A stretch of DNA of 58,352 bases from Lenisia limosa (taxonomy: Eukaryota; Protista; Breviatea). A model generated the notes under the pieces. That model searched no databases. It was given only the letters and a program-made list of their open reading frames with translations, and was not told where the DNA came from. Below are positions 36,801-49,196 of this stretch, piece by piece. A program made the position numbers and the translations under genes. Each line of letters begins with the position of its first letter. Positions within the stretch are counted from its first letter, which is position 1. The stretch lies in contig LPNZ01006560.1 in the NCBI GenBank assembly GCA_001655205.1, positions 1-58,352 of the forward strand, given 5' to 3'.

Positions 36801-37612
36801 CTTCCTGCAAGAGGGCCACCAACGTTTCCCATCGGTTCCCCAAGACGTAATAGGGGTCGTAGTTTTTTTTTAAAAAAAAAGGAGGGGTTGCTGTGTTTGT
36901 TTAATTACTTCAGGGGAACTATCTCCACATCAGTCAATGAACATGAGCCAGAATGCCGAAGGTGAATCAGGGACAAGCTTAAGGAGTTAGTTGTTTCTCT
37001 TATTGCTATTAGACGCAACAATGGACGTTGGCGACTTGGACCAGGACAATCTCTTCAATAACGACACGGAGGATGCCGAGGTCGAACCGACTCTCGCAGA
37101 CCTCGCAGATAATGATGGTTGGTCATCTAAGTTATGAGTCTCACCTCCGCCAGTTTTACAGGTTATGCCAAGCCCAATGTCAACAAGCCGAATTTTGACG
37201 TTGGAGGAAATAGCCATGGGCAACAACTACCAACCTGAACAGTTTGTGGATGTTGCGTTGTATTTTCGTCTTTGGGATACTGTTCTGGTCTGGTTAATGT
37301 TTGCAGTTTGAAAGCAACTCTCCCCCCTCGGCCTCCAAGGATAACTCCTCCTGTTGGAAAATGTTTGCAAGGGACAGTCTATTTGGGTGTTGTTTTGAAC
37401 ACTGCTATTTTTGTTACTCTGTAGTACCGCCCCAACCTGAGACCCCCAATTCACTCTCAAAAAAAGAATTGAAGAAATTGGAGAAAGAAAAGAAAGCAGA
37501 GGAGAAAAATGAAGAAAAGAAAAGGAAAAAGGCAAAAAAAGAAGAGGAAAAAAGGTTGAAACAGGAGGGAAAACTCAGAAAACAGTCGGAAAAAAGGTCT
37601 CGTTCTAATTAG
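33846..37612 (+). CDS. Orphan low-complexity Ser/Pro-rich protein with Lys/Glu-rich C-terminus (could be two genes)
   Basis: MSLLQDLQ|GSWSRVSEIAASITRAAKEHI, SSIPSPSRPPPRPLP, GRARIEALRREKLAKHRKY, GEEEQPISPSALRAY and terminal KKELKKLEKEKKAEEKNEEKKRKK; exons are flanked by GT-AG. Confidence 0.45.
35926..36012. mobile_element. 87-bp hAT-type MITE with 8-bp target-site duplication
   Basis: Ends TAGGGC...GCCCTA with internal inverted cgaaaaaagac/gtctttttcg; flanked on both sides by CACATAGC (35918-35925 and 36013-36020). Confidence 0.75.
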
Positions 37613-37862
37613 CTCTAAAATGTTGTTTTTAATTTATGTACATGTTTCAATTTCAATTATACCTTGTTTTCTGAATAATGGTGGAAACATTACGATGCCA
37701 GCTACTGCCGTGCAGAATTATATTATAAGGAGTATATACTACCATCTTTTGGCTGTTTTAGAGGTTTGTGTTAAAGGAGGGGGTCAAGGCAATCAAGTCA
37801 AAGAAACAGCATCTGTATAATAACACAAAGAAACGTAGACAATACCATAATAAACGACCACT

Positions 37863-39154
37863 TTACATCTTGACCTTACTCTTGGGATCCCTTTTTGCAA
37901 TTTCTAAAATGTTACACTCATTGGTAGATTTTTAATCACACTACAAGTTCCCCACCCACCCTTTTTAAGCTTGTTGACTTCGCCCATGTTCTTCTTCTTT
38001 TGAGCCTGTTTATCAAGGCGTTTCTGCTGCTGGATCTTCTTGCCGAACTTCTTGAGATGGCGGAGTTTTGTCCTCTTCTGTGCATCCTCAATGTTCTGCT
38101 TCTCGGTGACAAGCTTGCGCTTAACCTGGAAGGGGGAATTAATCCAAAGAGTGACTAAAGCTGTATGGTAGAAAAAGGGTAGGACGGCGTTTTCAACAAA
38201 CAACCCACCCTCTCCATCTGTTTATCTGTCTTGAGCATTTCAGCGTAGTAGTCCGCAGGACGGACATAAGGAACACCAAGCTTGTCAAGTTTGTTGTAAC
38301 CACGCTTTACCGCATCCAGAGTGGAATTGTAACTATTGGGTGAGAAATGGATCAATGAAGTGCAGGGAGAAAGAACCCCCAACAAAACCCCACAAACAAA
38401 GCGAATTCTCTCTCAAGAGAGGGAGTTTCAGGGGTGATCTTTTCTTGGATGGCTTCCTCTGTCGACAACTGGAGGGTTTCCAGCCAGTCAACCTTGTCTG
38501 TGTAGCCGAATTTGCCAAGGACGGTTTTCAGTGCTTCCTGAGGATATCAGATAAAGTTACCCCCCCCCCCCCCNNNNNNNNNNNNNNNNNNNNNNNNNNN
38601 NNNNNNNNNNNNNNNNNNNNNNNNNNNNNNNNNNNNNNNNNNNNNTTACATCCTATTTTTCCCCTTTCACCAACCTCATCATTCGCGAACACCTTCTCCT
38701 CAACAGCCTAAAGCGTAACACAGACGAAGATAGAAACAGAATTAAATCTGACTGAATTTCATGATTTGGTTCACGTCAAAGCACACAACCTCATGCGCAT
38801 TAATCGAATATCTCATCCTGCCCACCTCCTTGTCATCATCTTCCTCTTCCTCTTCCTCTTCCTCCTCAATCTCTTCCTCAATCTCTTCGTCTTCACTCTC
38901 CTCGTCTACTTTCTAAACGGTAAAGTCATGAATGGGCTAATTTACACAATACAAGTGTACTGAGATGATCAGCCTGAAAATGACCGTACCTCAACGGGTT
39001 CTTCGATTTTAGGAGCATCTGTAGTATTGGACTCCTAAAATGTCAAAGAACAGAGAAGAGGTGGTCAACTAACCAGTCCAGCTTCAAGAAAGCTGTCGAA
39101 GTCTTCATCTGAATCGTGAGGGGCTGGTTGCTGACGCTTTCTTGACTTTGCCAT
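37863..39154 (-). CDS. EBP2: rRNA-processing protein EBP2
   Basis: LDAVKRGYNKLDKLGVPYVRPADYYAEMLKTDKQMERVKRKLVTEKQNIEDAQKRTKLRHLKKFGKKIQ, preceded by an acidic N-terminus (MAKSRKRQQPAPHDSDEDF, EEEEEDD). Confidence 0.9.
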
Positions 39155-39502
39155 CGTAAACAGTAAGGATTTGCCTTGTAACGAGGTGAGATGGGCACTA
39201 ACACGTTCCAGCTGGACTGAACTTCTCTCCAACAATCTCCTTTAGAAACAATTTTACAATTACTGCTTTGGCAACAGGCGAAAAAAAAAGAAAAGAATCA
39301 AACTTTTTTCTTTTTTCTGCAGATGAGTCTACGGTGGCGCATGTCTGTCCTTACTCCTTTTGGTAAGTTGCCCTGGTTTGCCCTTTCAAGGTGATTTTTC
39401 CCTCTTTGGGATGATATATAAGTTTTTTTTCCTAAAAAAACAGTTACCCTTATCCAAACCCCTGTGGAATTGGTAATTGGCTTTATTTGTCTTCTTATCA
39501 GT

Positions 39503-42500
39503 ATGAGAGGCTCCTTTCTACTGAGCGCACTCTTGTTAGTGTCGCTACTCTCTGCATATTCTTATGCATCAATTTGTAAGATTCCCTGAAATCATCCTCA
39601 TCTTTTTAGTGACTACTTGTGGGCGGTCCACTGGCGTCAACCTTCTTACCAACTCATGGCATTGTGGAAAATGCAACCACGATTGTGGATGTAAGCACTC
39701 TCAGTGTTTACCTTATTTCTCTAGTCAACAGCTGCTGCAAGAAGGGTGTGTGCTCTCATCCTCAAAGTGAGTAGCATTTAAATTGTCTTTTGTAACATTC
39801 CGACGCCCTCTCATGTAACTAGAATGCAAGCCGGGGTTCACGTTCTGTAAGAAGACATGGAGATGTGTTGATACCAACAATGACGAATGCAACTGTGGTG
39901 GATGCGGCCATAAGTGTGACGCTCATGAACGCTGCCATGGAGGCAAGTGTTTAGGTTGGTTTCTTTCTTATTACATCCACCTTTTCATAAACTAGGATGC
40001 CCTCCCCTTCATGCTGTCTGTGGAAACTATGGCAAATGTGTTTCGATTAACACCGAGAAGCGCTGCGGTTCATGCTACAACAGCTGTGCCAACGGAGAGA
40101 CCTGCGTCAAAGGAGAGTGCAAGCCTCCACCATGTACCAACCCTTACCATCAGTACTGCCCTTCAGTCGGCAAGTGTGTCAACACGGCCTACAGTGAGAA
40201 GCATTGTGGAAAGTGTGACCACCCGTGTAAGAAGTACGAGTTCTGTCGCCATGGTGATTGTGTTCCCTCTGCCAAATGTCTTCCTGATGAAGCCCAATGC
40301 CCTGTTGACAAGAGCCACTGCTGCTTGAAGGACCAGAAGTGCCGCCTCCGCAACAAGACCCCAGAGTGCTACTGTCCTGATGGCAAGGAACTTTGTGGCA
40401 GGAAGTGTGGTATGCTGGGGTGCTAATTTTGCTGCAATTTTGACTATATAATATGAAACTGATGAATTAGTCGATCCCAAGGTATTCCACTATGACAACA
40501 AGAACTGTGGCAAATGCGGCAATGAATGTCCAGACGACAGCAAATGTGTCAAGGGCAAATGCGGTAGGCATTGGTTCTTTTTGGCGTTACCAAGATTTAA
40601 TTGACATTCCAGTTGCCCGTTGTCACGTGAAGAAGGGTGAGTTCGTCTGTCCTCTTGACCACAAAATCTGCTGTGCCAAGAACACCAAGTGCATCTGGAA
40701 CAAGTGGAAGAAGGCCATCTGCGTTTGCGACGACGACCATGAGAAATGCAACGGACACTGCAGTATGTTCAAGTACCATTGTTTCTCACCACTTTTAGAG
40801 GCGTACAAGGAGTATGAAAATGATGATAAGAATTGTGGTGAATGCGGTGTTGTCTGTCCTGAGAACTCTTTCTGTCATGAAGGATGCTGCAAACCTGTTA
40901 GTGACAAAAATAGCATTTTGTGTTTGATTCTATAGACCTGTGAAAGATGGGAGAAGTTATGTCCGGACGGAAAGACTTGCTGCGACAAGAACACCCAGTA
41001 CTGTGCCAAGGTCGGTCGCATTAATTTTCATTTTCTCTTACACAGTTTTAGGATGGACTTGTGAACAAATGTGCTTGTCGCAAGGGCTACGAGCTTTGCC
41101 ATGGCAAATGCGGTAATTATTTGGGATTACATTATGGCTTGTTATCTTTGGTTTGACCTTATTCAGTTCGTCCTCATCAATACCAAACCGACCCCAAGAA
41201 CTGTGGCCAATGGTGAGTTTTTTTGAAGGTTAATCCTTTGACCGTTTAGTGGAAAGGTCTGTCCATCAGGACAATGCTGGGAGGGAAAATGCAAGGACTA
41301 CTGTGATGGAACCGATTTCCCCTGTCCTACTGGTGGCAAACTCTGCTGCAGAGCTGACCAAATCTGTGGACTTCAACACAACAACGTAAGACCCTCACGT
41401 TTTAGTTTTCTGCATGTCGACTTCGACTTTGTTCTTAACAATTAAGGAGCACGCCTGTACTTGCAAGGGTGAGACTCTCGAGTGTGAAGGAAAGTGTCGC
41501 CACTTTGCTGTAAGTTCGTGAGACAATGTGCCTTCCTCTACGTATTCCTGTTTTTCACAACTTAGTACTTCTGGGACAAGAACGACCACTGTGGCAAATG
41601 CAACAACAAGTGTCCTGAGGGCTTCAAGTGCAAGAAGGGAGAATGCGGTATGAAATAGCAATATCACAGAGACTAAATGCTCACTCATATAGTATGTGCC
41701 TCTTCTAAGTGTCATGAATGCTCCAAACATGAAATCAAGTGCTATGACGAATGCGTGAAGGTAGGCTGTTGTAAAACCTTTTGCAATGGATTGACCGCAA
41801 ATAGGTTGACGAAGACAACTGTTACGCATGTGGCAAACGTTGCCGTACCAACCAGTGGTGCAGCGAGAAATTGGAGGACTGCGGTTGGTTAAATTAACTG
41901 TCAAATTACCTCTCAAATTACATGTCAAATATCTTTTATTGAAATTAGCAAATAACACATTTCTAATTGGTTTAGTGGACCATTGTCTTGCCGGTGAGAA
42001 GAAGTGTCCCTTTAAGGATGACCTCTGCTGCCAAAAGTAGGAAAAACACACAGTCATTACCTGTACTAACTTCTTAGGAATGAAGTTTGTATTTACGATA
42101 AGACTCTCAAGGACTTCAAATGCGTTTGCAAGAAACCTTTTGTCATCTGTGACCACAAATGCGGTATGAGAGGAAACAGACATACTGGTACTCTCGGCAA
42201 TTTTGTGACGGTTTAGTTAACCCCAAGTCTTTCCACACCTGGCATAAGAACTGTGGTCGTTGTGGTAACGAATGTGAATATGATGAAAAGTGCATCGGTG
42301 GTGTCTGTACTAAGGGCTGCCTTGCCAACGAGCTGACTTGCCCTGACAAGAAGACTTGCTGTGATAAGGATACTGAGAAGTGTCTTCTGGTTGGAAGGGT
42401 TGTGATTCTCAGAGATAGATAGATAGGCATTGGCTAGTTCATTTTTGACACTTAAGGACGGAGACGAATACGTGTGCCAATGTAACCACAAGCACGTTTA

Positions 42501-45500
42501 TTGCAAGGGCAAGTGTATTCCTAAGACCAAGCTTTGGGATGACGACAACAACTGCGGCAAATGGTGGGTGGTGGTGAACGCTTTGCTAGTATAGTGTCAG
42601 TGATCGTCTTACTATATAGTGGCAACACTTGTGAAGCTAATGAGAAGTGCAAGAAGGGTGTCTGTGTTGCTCAGTGCCCTGTGAATAACCAAATCTGTCC
42701 TGACCACAGCTGCTGCCGGGAGGACCAAGAGTGCACACAGAGAGTGGGTTCTTTTAATTTCATCTCCACCTCTGACCCCTTAGGCTGGCTGGATTGGAAA
42801 GTACACCTGCAAATGCAAGAAGGGTTACACTGAGTGCAATGGCGTCTGCAGACCTAAGAACGTTTGTTTATACCTAAGCTATGCAGTTATCTTATCCTAC
42901 AGTGGTTCCTCACCAACGAAGAAAACTGTGGACGATGCAATAGAGCCTGCAAGAAGGGTGAAGAGTGCAAGTACGGACGCTGCAGTGAGCATCTCCTCTG
43001 TGTATTATCACCAACTCACCATTTAGTCTGTACTGGTACTGAGTGTGGCTGCGCTGTTGACGAGATTGAGTGCAAGGGCAAGTGCGTCAAGATTTCCGAG
43101 TACAACTGCTTCAGCTGCGGCTACAAGTGTCTTGATGGCTCCAAGTGCGATTACCACTCAGAATCCTGCATATGTCCTGACGGCGAACCCATTTGCGGCA
43201 AGAAGTGCTGCCATGACGGCTACGTCTGTGTTAACGACAGTTTGAGGCATTCCTGCTTTTACAACTTTAGAATGTGTTGAGAAGCAGAAATGCAATAACA
43301 ATGAGTTCCCGTGCCCTCTCTGGGGTCTTGATGAGCAATTGTGCTGCAAGAAGAAGGACGAAGTAAGTCCGACGCAAATAAGATTTGGCTGACATTTTAG
43401 GTTTGCTCCTCTAGGAACGGCAAGTTTGTCTGTGATTGTGCCCATCGCAAGAAGCGGTAAGAGGGGATCTTTACTAAATGCTGTCAACTTGTTCTGTAAG
43501 CGACTCACCATTCAGCTGTGGAGGTGTTTGCATTGACATCTGGGAAGACCCTGATAACTGCGGCAAGTGCGGAAAGAAGTGCCCTAAGGATGAAGTCTGC
43601 CACGAGGGCAAGTGCAGTTTGTGGGGCTCATTTGACATGGTGAAATATATGTATATATGTACAAGTCTAACCATTTCAGAGCCCAAGAAGGACTGTCCTT
43701 ATGACATGAAGACTTGCTGCGGAAACAAGAGCATGTGCTGCCGCAATGACCAAATCTGTGTTGAGAACAACCTCTGGGTCTGGACCTGCAAGTGCCCCTA
43801 TGGACGTGACAACTGCCATGGTCGCTGCCGCACCAAGTGCTCTTTCTACTACGACAACCATAACTGGTGAGTCTTAGGCCGACTTGACTTATTTCGAACG
43901 CCTTCTGACTCTTTAGTGGAAAGTGCGGCAAGAAATGCGCTCACGGCCAAGAATGCAAGAAGGGAAAATGCAGTATGATGGGAACAGATCTCACGATGAA
44001 TTTGATGTTATGTCAACAGTTAATGTAATGTTCTCAGTTACCACCCAAACTGGAAACTGCAAGCCTCTTGTAGTAACTGATAACGACATGAGAACCCACG
44101 TCAGACTCACTCCTGCTTCCAACATCAGAGTAGGCTCTTCTTTCAGATTTTTGAGTGATTTTGGGTGTTTATGACAGCTTCTTAGGGGTCTCTCAACCTT
44201 GTTATTGAGTCCAACTACGTAAAGGACAGCACTCTCACCAAGATTGTCGTCAACATGGCTGTGAGCTTGGGTTTGCCTCTCTTTATGTTGCTTTCTTTCA
44301 GAATGGAATCTCATATTACAGCATGGAAGTACTTGCGACTTCCCTGGTATCCACTGGAGTACTCATTTCGAGAGCAACATTTGCAAGGTTTGAAGACGCG
44401 TTTTACTAACGTTAAATTTATTAACTGTGACCTTTCAGCATCTTGCCGTTTCCAAGATTCCCCTCATTGATGTTGAAACTGACTGCCCCTTGGACGTCAC
44501 CCTTTCCAACGGCATTCTGCACTACAGCGGACAGGCCGAGGTTACCCATGTGTAGGCATCTGGGACATCACGAAGTACCCTGGGAATTGTAATCTCAATA
44601 ATTCATGACTTGAATTGTCATCTCAAAATTAATTGCTTGAATTGTAATCTCAATTTGTTTTATTTGTAGTCCCACTGCCTACTCTTAGAGATAGATGGTA
44701 ATCTCAAACAGCCTTGAATTGTAATCTCAACAATTATAATCCAAATGTTCAGTATTCAACTGTCTCGCGGAGTTGTGAGAGAAGTCGTCACCATTCTTAA
44801 GTTCGTCATCACCCTTCCCAAGAACATTGACATCACAACCGAGACTCTGAAGGTTGCTTCTAAGCCCCAGGAAATCAGCGTTAGAGTACGAGGAGATTGA
44901 AGGCACTTCCTTTTCACAACTACCGAAGTCTTTTTCTCACTATTTAGACCTACCTTGTTTCCAAGCTCTGGGAGATGGAGACTAACCTTGGCAAGCTTGT
45001 TCACCGCACTGAGGTTTGCAGTTTTTTGTCGGTTTCCTGACTCACCATTCAGGTTTCGGATGATCACAGCAAGAAGGTCTACAACCTGCAGTTCCAGTCC
45101 AACCAATTCCCTGACGGTCTCCATGTTGATGTTGTTGAACTCGTTGACGAGCGTGACAACTGCGGCGCTTCAGCTGACCCCAAGAAGCCATGCATCCAAT
45201 TCTGGCAGTCTGTAATTCAGCTCAACGTTGGCCTCGTATATGGTTGATAACGCTCATTTTTTCAGGACGAATGTACGTTCACTGGACACTACACCTACGT
45301 TTTCAGTGCTGTTTGCCGCACCCATGGCTGGTGTGAATTTGAGACCCCCATTATCATCGAGAGTGACGTCATTAGTGACGACTCTATCTGCGGCGTATGC
45401 GGGGTCTTTGAATATTTCGACTATCTCGTTCTGAAGGACATATTTTATCTTTCAGGCCTTCGAAATTAATGTCAACGTCGACCTCGAAATGAGATCCAAG

Positions 45501-46540
45501 GGTGAGTGGTGATGTGTGCCTGCTGTCCACTATGCTATTGTTTGACCAATTAGGCGATCTTTCCATCTACTCTGAGTCGGAGCAGGTCAATATCGAAGTC
45601 ATTGCCTCCAGCAAGGACGTCCAGATCGAGACTATCATGCCGGTTATCATTTCCGTTTATGTTCATGGCAAGAGCGTAAGTGGCGCAGAATTATCCATTA
45701 CATTGTGCCATTTATTGACTGGTTTTTACAATTCAGATCATTCTTTTCAACAAGGGTGAGGCGACAGAGATTGCCCGTAAGAACGGATGGAAGCTTTTGC
45801 TTCCCAAGCCTGGAGCAACCAAGATTATCCTCTGCTTCTCTTTCGAGTATGCAAAGCCGTTTTGAGAGATATTACCATTTTTAACTTTTATTCTATTAGC
45901 TGCTCAGTTGGTGACGGCAAGTACCACATCTTCCCCAACAAGAAAACAGTCACATTCAACGTTGAGGCCACGTTCATGATCAGCTACATTGGACTGTCCC
46001 TGCCAACTCACCGCAGCCTCAGAGTATGTTCAGCCTTCATGCCATCAACTCCATTTATATTCTCTTAACTGTTCAGTCTCTTGAGAGTCTCACTGCTGGC
46101 GAAACTCTTCCTCTGAAATTCTCTGGCGAATCTCTTGATGAGGTTTGTTAAATAACACTGAACAACCATCTTGAGAGTGACTGCACTTATTCTTTAGTGC
46201 CCTGACACATGGGAGAACCCTTGTCTCAAGGACAACGGAGGGTGCAGCACCGAGCCTTTCAACGAGTGCAAGCCAGTCGGCTGCTCGCAGGAGGTTGTCT
46301 GTGCACGCTGCCCTTACGGCATAGACCAAGACGGCAACTGCAAGGTAGGGGGACCGAGTTTTAACCGGGTTGGAAGTATTAATCCTTGTTTTCTCTTTGA
46401 CCATTCAGGCTGCTTCCGAATCTTCTGAAGAGGAAGAAGAAGACAACACCAAGATGTACATTGCCGCTGGTGGAGCAGCCACCGCCCTCGTTGGTATCAC
46501 TGCCTTCGCTGTAGCCAAGAAGAAGAAGAAGTCAACTTAG
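39503..46540 (+). CDS. Large type I membrane protein: signal peptide, ~15 STIG1-like Cys-rich repeats, ~500-aa beta-rich domain, EGF-like motif, acidic linker, TM, basic stop
   Basis: MRGSFLLSALLLVSLLSAYS; repeated D/N-x-x-(N/H)CGxCxxxC...C...C units (for example DNKNCGKCGNEC, DPKNCGQCGKVC, DPDNCGKCGKKC); NPCLKDNGGCSTEPFNEC...VVCARCP; EEEEEDNTKMYIAAGGAATALVGITAFAVAKKKKKST-stop. Confidence 0.8.
44584..44730. repeat. Five copies of a ~17-nt motif (ttgaattgtaatctcaa) in one intron
   Basis: Copies at about 44584, 44610, 44637, 44696 (partial) and 44714, with spacers of 8-45 nt. Confidence 0.75.
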
Positions 46541-46732
46541 TTATTATTATTCTTAATATTTTTTTTGAAATATGCATATTACCCGTTTCAGTTTGAAATT
46601 AAAAAAACCATGGGAACCGACTTGACCACGACTTTAAATTAACACAACCCGAAAATAACTAAGGATATATCAATGGTAGATAGTCCTGATTAACAATTTG
46701 ACAACTTTGTGGTGCTTAGGGACTTGAAATCA

Positions 46733-49196
46733 TCAGACTGTTGGCTTGAATACCTTGAGGAAGTTCATTTGGGACGCGGTTGCAATATCCTGAGGGTCCA
46801 CGGATTTAACCTACTAGCATAAGGAATCTGACTTCATATTTTTATGGTTTCAGAGTAGCCCACAATACCTCAGCAATGCTGGATACAACAGCATGCAAGT
46901 TCTTGGGAGTGTTTGACTTTTCTCTAAGAGTTGTGAAAGTTGGCCGTGCACCAGCTTACCTTGGCTTAATTGAATGGGGGAAAAGGAACGGTGCATCGGT
47001 CTCAACATGAAGCCGATCCAGTGGAATAATTCCTGGGGGCGTCAACTCAATTGAAGCAGTGCTGCTATTATACACCATGGCGATGATCAACAAAATATGC
47101 TAAGACAGCCAATAGCATACTTGTTGATTCCTTTATTGAAGCACTTCGATGCGGACGGTTGTCACAAATCATGCCTACATGATGAGGGTGGTAGGTGAGC
47201 GTAGAAGGGTAAACAGCACATCTCATTTCCAACCGGTGATTCCAATGTCAAGTCCAAGGTCAAGATATGCCTGTGCCTGGTGTCTTTCACCTGCTGTGTT
47301 ACACTGAGAAACGGAAGAGCATGAGAACTTACCAGAGAAGCAGTGTACAATTCCGGATACTCGTCCTGAGTACTCTTTGAAAATCTAAAGTATCATACAG
47401 CATACTCCAAATCAGGATTATTCAGGCATAATAGCATTCCCTCATACTTCAACAAAGTCATCAAATGCTTCCCTTTCGTGAAGAAAGAGGGGAAGCCCGG
47501 TTTCCACAGCCAAATCTAAGTGTTTCTTGAAGACTCTAAATGTATTAAGCAGATAAATAACCCAGATATGAAAACAGTGTCAACCTCACGTTTTTTGGAC
47601 CTCCTTTGGGGAAAACATTCGATCATAGTCAAGTCCACATTCACCTATGAAATGAATAACATGAGGTTCTTTGTTAAGGTTCATTTCATTAAATAACCAA
47701 AATCATTCATCCCTTTGCCTACCAACTGCCAGACATTGCTTGTGTTTGTAGAGCCCTCTCAACTTGCTGGCGGATTCGTTGTTCCATTTTGACGCATCAT
47801 GGGGATGGTATCCTGAATATTTGATCAACACAAGACAATTGAGTGATAATTCAAAATGAAGTTCTGGATAGAGCTCACCTGCTGTGAAATACAATTTTAC
47901 AGGGCTGTTTCGATTGTTGTCACAGAGAGTTCGGGCTGAATTACTGGAATGTTAGAGACGGTCGCATAAAATGGAAAAATGAAGAAAGGAATTCCAAAAA
48001 AATCAATTTATCAAAAAATGCTTTCTGAGTGTTAGTTATTGAATATTTATTAGATGGGTTAAAAAAACGGAAAAATGGCGGATTTTTTAATGGTAAAACG
48101 TTCACATTCATNNNNNNNNNNNNNNNNNNNNNNNNNNNNNNNNNNNNNNNNTTGTGAAATATGATAGAGTATAAGCACCAACTTACGATGATGGTAAGTT
48201 GGTTCCAGTAATGACGATTGTCCCAACACCATATCGTTTTGCATCCTTCAACACCTGAAGTTTTAGAAAAAGATGTGAATAAAATGACAAAACAAACATA
48301 TCCCATGTTGAAAAGAGAAGTTTCTAGTAAGGCTGAGAAAATGAATTAACTCACCTCCGGGACATTGTGCTTAAACGACCGGTGTGACAGATTGGCGCCG
48401 ATGTCAACAAGGCCCAAGAAGTCGGTTATTGACTCTGAAGATAAGTAACAAGGTAAAACAAAGGAAAAGGACACAGGATCACCATAATATCATCTTGAAC
48501 AAAGAAATCATCATAGTATATTATCTCAATGACTGCCCCACCAATAGAATCTGCACCCTCATAAGGATCACGTGGACGATGAGTGTGATGAGAAGGAACC
48601 TGGAATTGTGAATTAGGTAAATATTAAAAAAAAAAAAATCAAAAGTACCTCCTCTTGAGTAGGTAGTGTAGGTAATTAAAAAACGTAATTTATTTAAAAA
48701 AATTGATAAGCAAATTTACGTAACTTTAATAATTTTACGTAAATTTACGCGAGGTCCCGAAGATGTAGCTCAGAAGTGGTCTGGAAGATGGATGACTGGT
48801 TCGAAAATTTTTGAATCTGGTTTTTTGAAGTTTGTCACAATGAGGTTTGAAGACTTCCGGAAGTGAAAAAGAGGCATTTTTGGGCAAAACCACGCCAGTA
48901 GAATCGGCCCTTCCGGTGAAGACAGATCCGAAAACATTTTACAGTCATTTTCAGGGTTATAACTTGTCAACCACGAAAAAAATTCCGTCAAAATAGCCGA
49001 CCTCGGCATAGCATGCCGAAAATAAAAATCTCTAGGAAACATAATTGATATGGAAACGTGGAACTGCCGTAAAAATATACCGCCAAATTCTGCCGCAGTA
49101 ATGTGAAAACAGACTTTTATTTTTCCCCATTCCTCAAACCTTCTCTGTCTCGGCAGTGTCAGTAGACTTGGTGTATCTTCTAGGGTGATGGGACAT
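46733..49196 (-). CDS. tatD: TatD-family nuclease (amidohydrolase TIM barrel)
   Basis: LVDIGANLSHRSFKHNVPEVLKDAKRYGVGTIVITGTNL, YFTAGYHPHDASKW, LAVGECGLDYDRMFSPKEVQ, LPLFLHER, IPLDRLHVETDAPFL; stop at 46733. Confidence 0.9.

Noticed and set aside
40011-43931. Numerous overlapping ORFs in other frames and on the minus strand
   Set aside because: These are shadows of the GC-richer Cys-repeat exons and have no recognisable motifs.
44584-44730. Short repeats with variable spacers resembling a CRISPR array
   Set aside because: The repeats are about 17 nt with irregular 8-45-nt spacers, lie in a eukaryotic intron, and have no cas genes nearby.
48602-49140. 540-nt TatD intron with small palindromes and a 90-aa ORF
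   Set aside because: I found no TIR/TSD pair or recognisable protein motif. It may be a decayed insertion, but this cannot be supported from this window.
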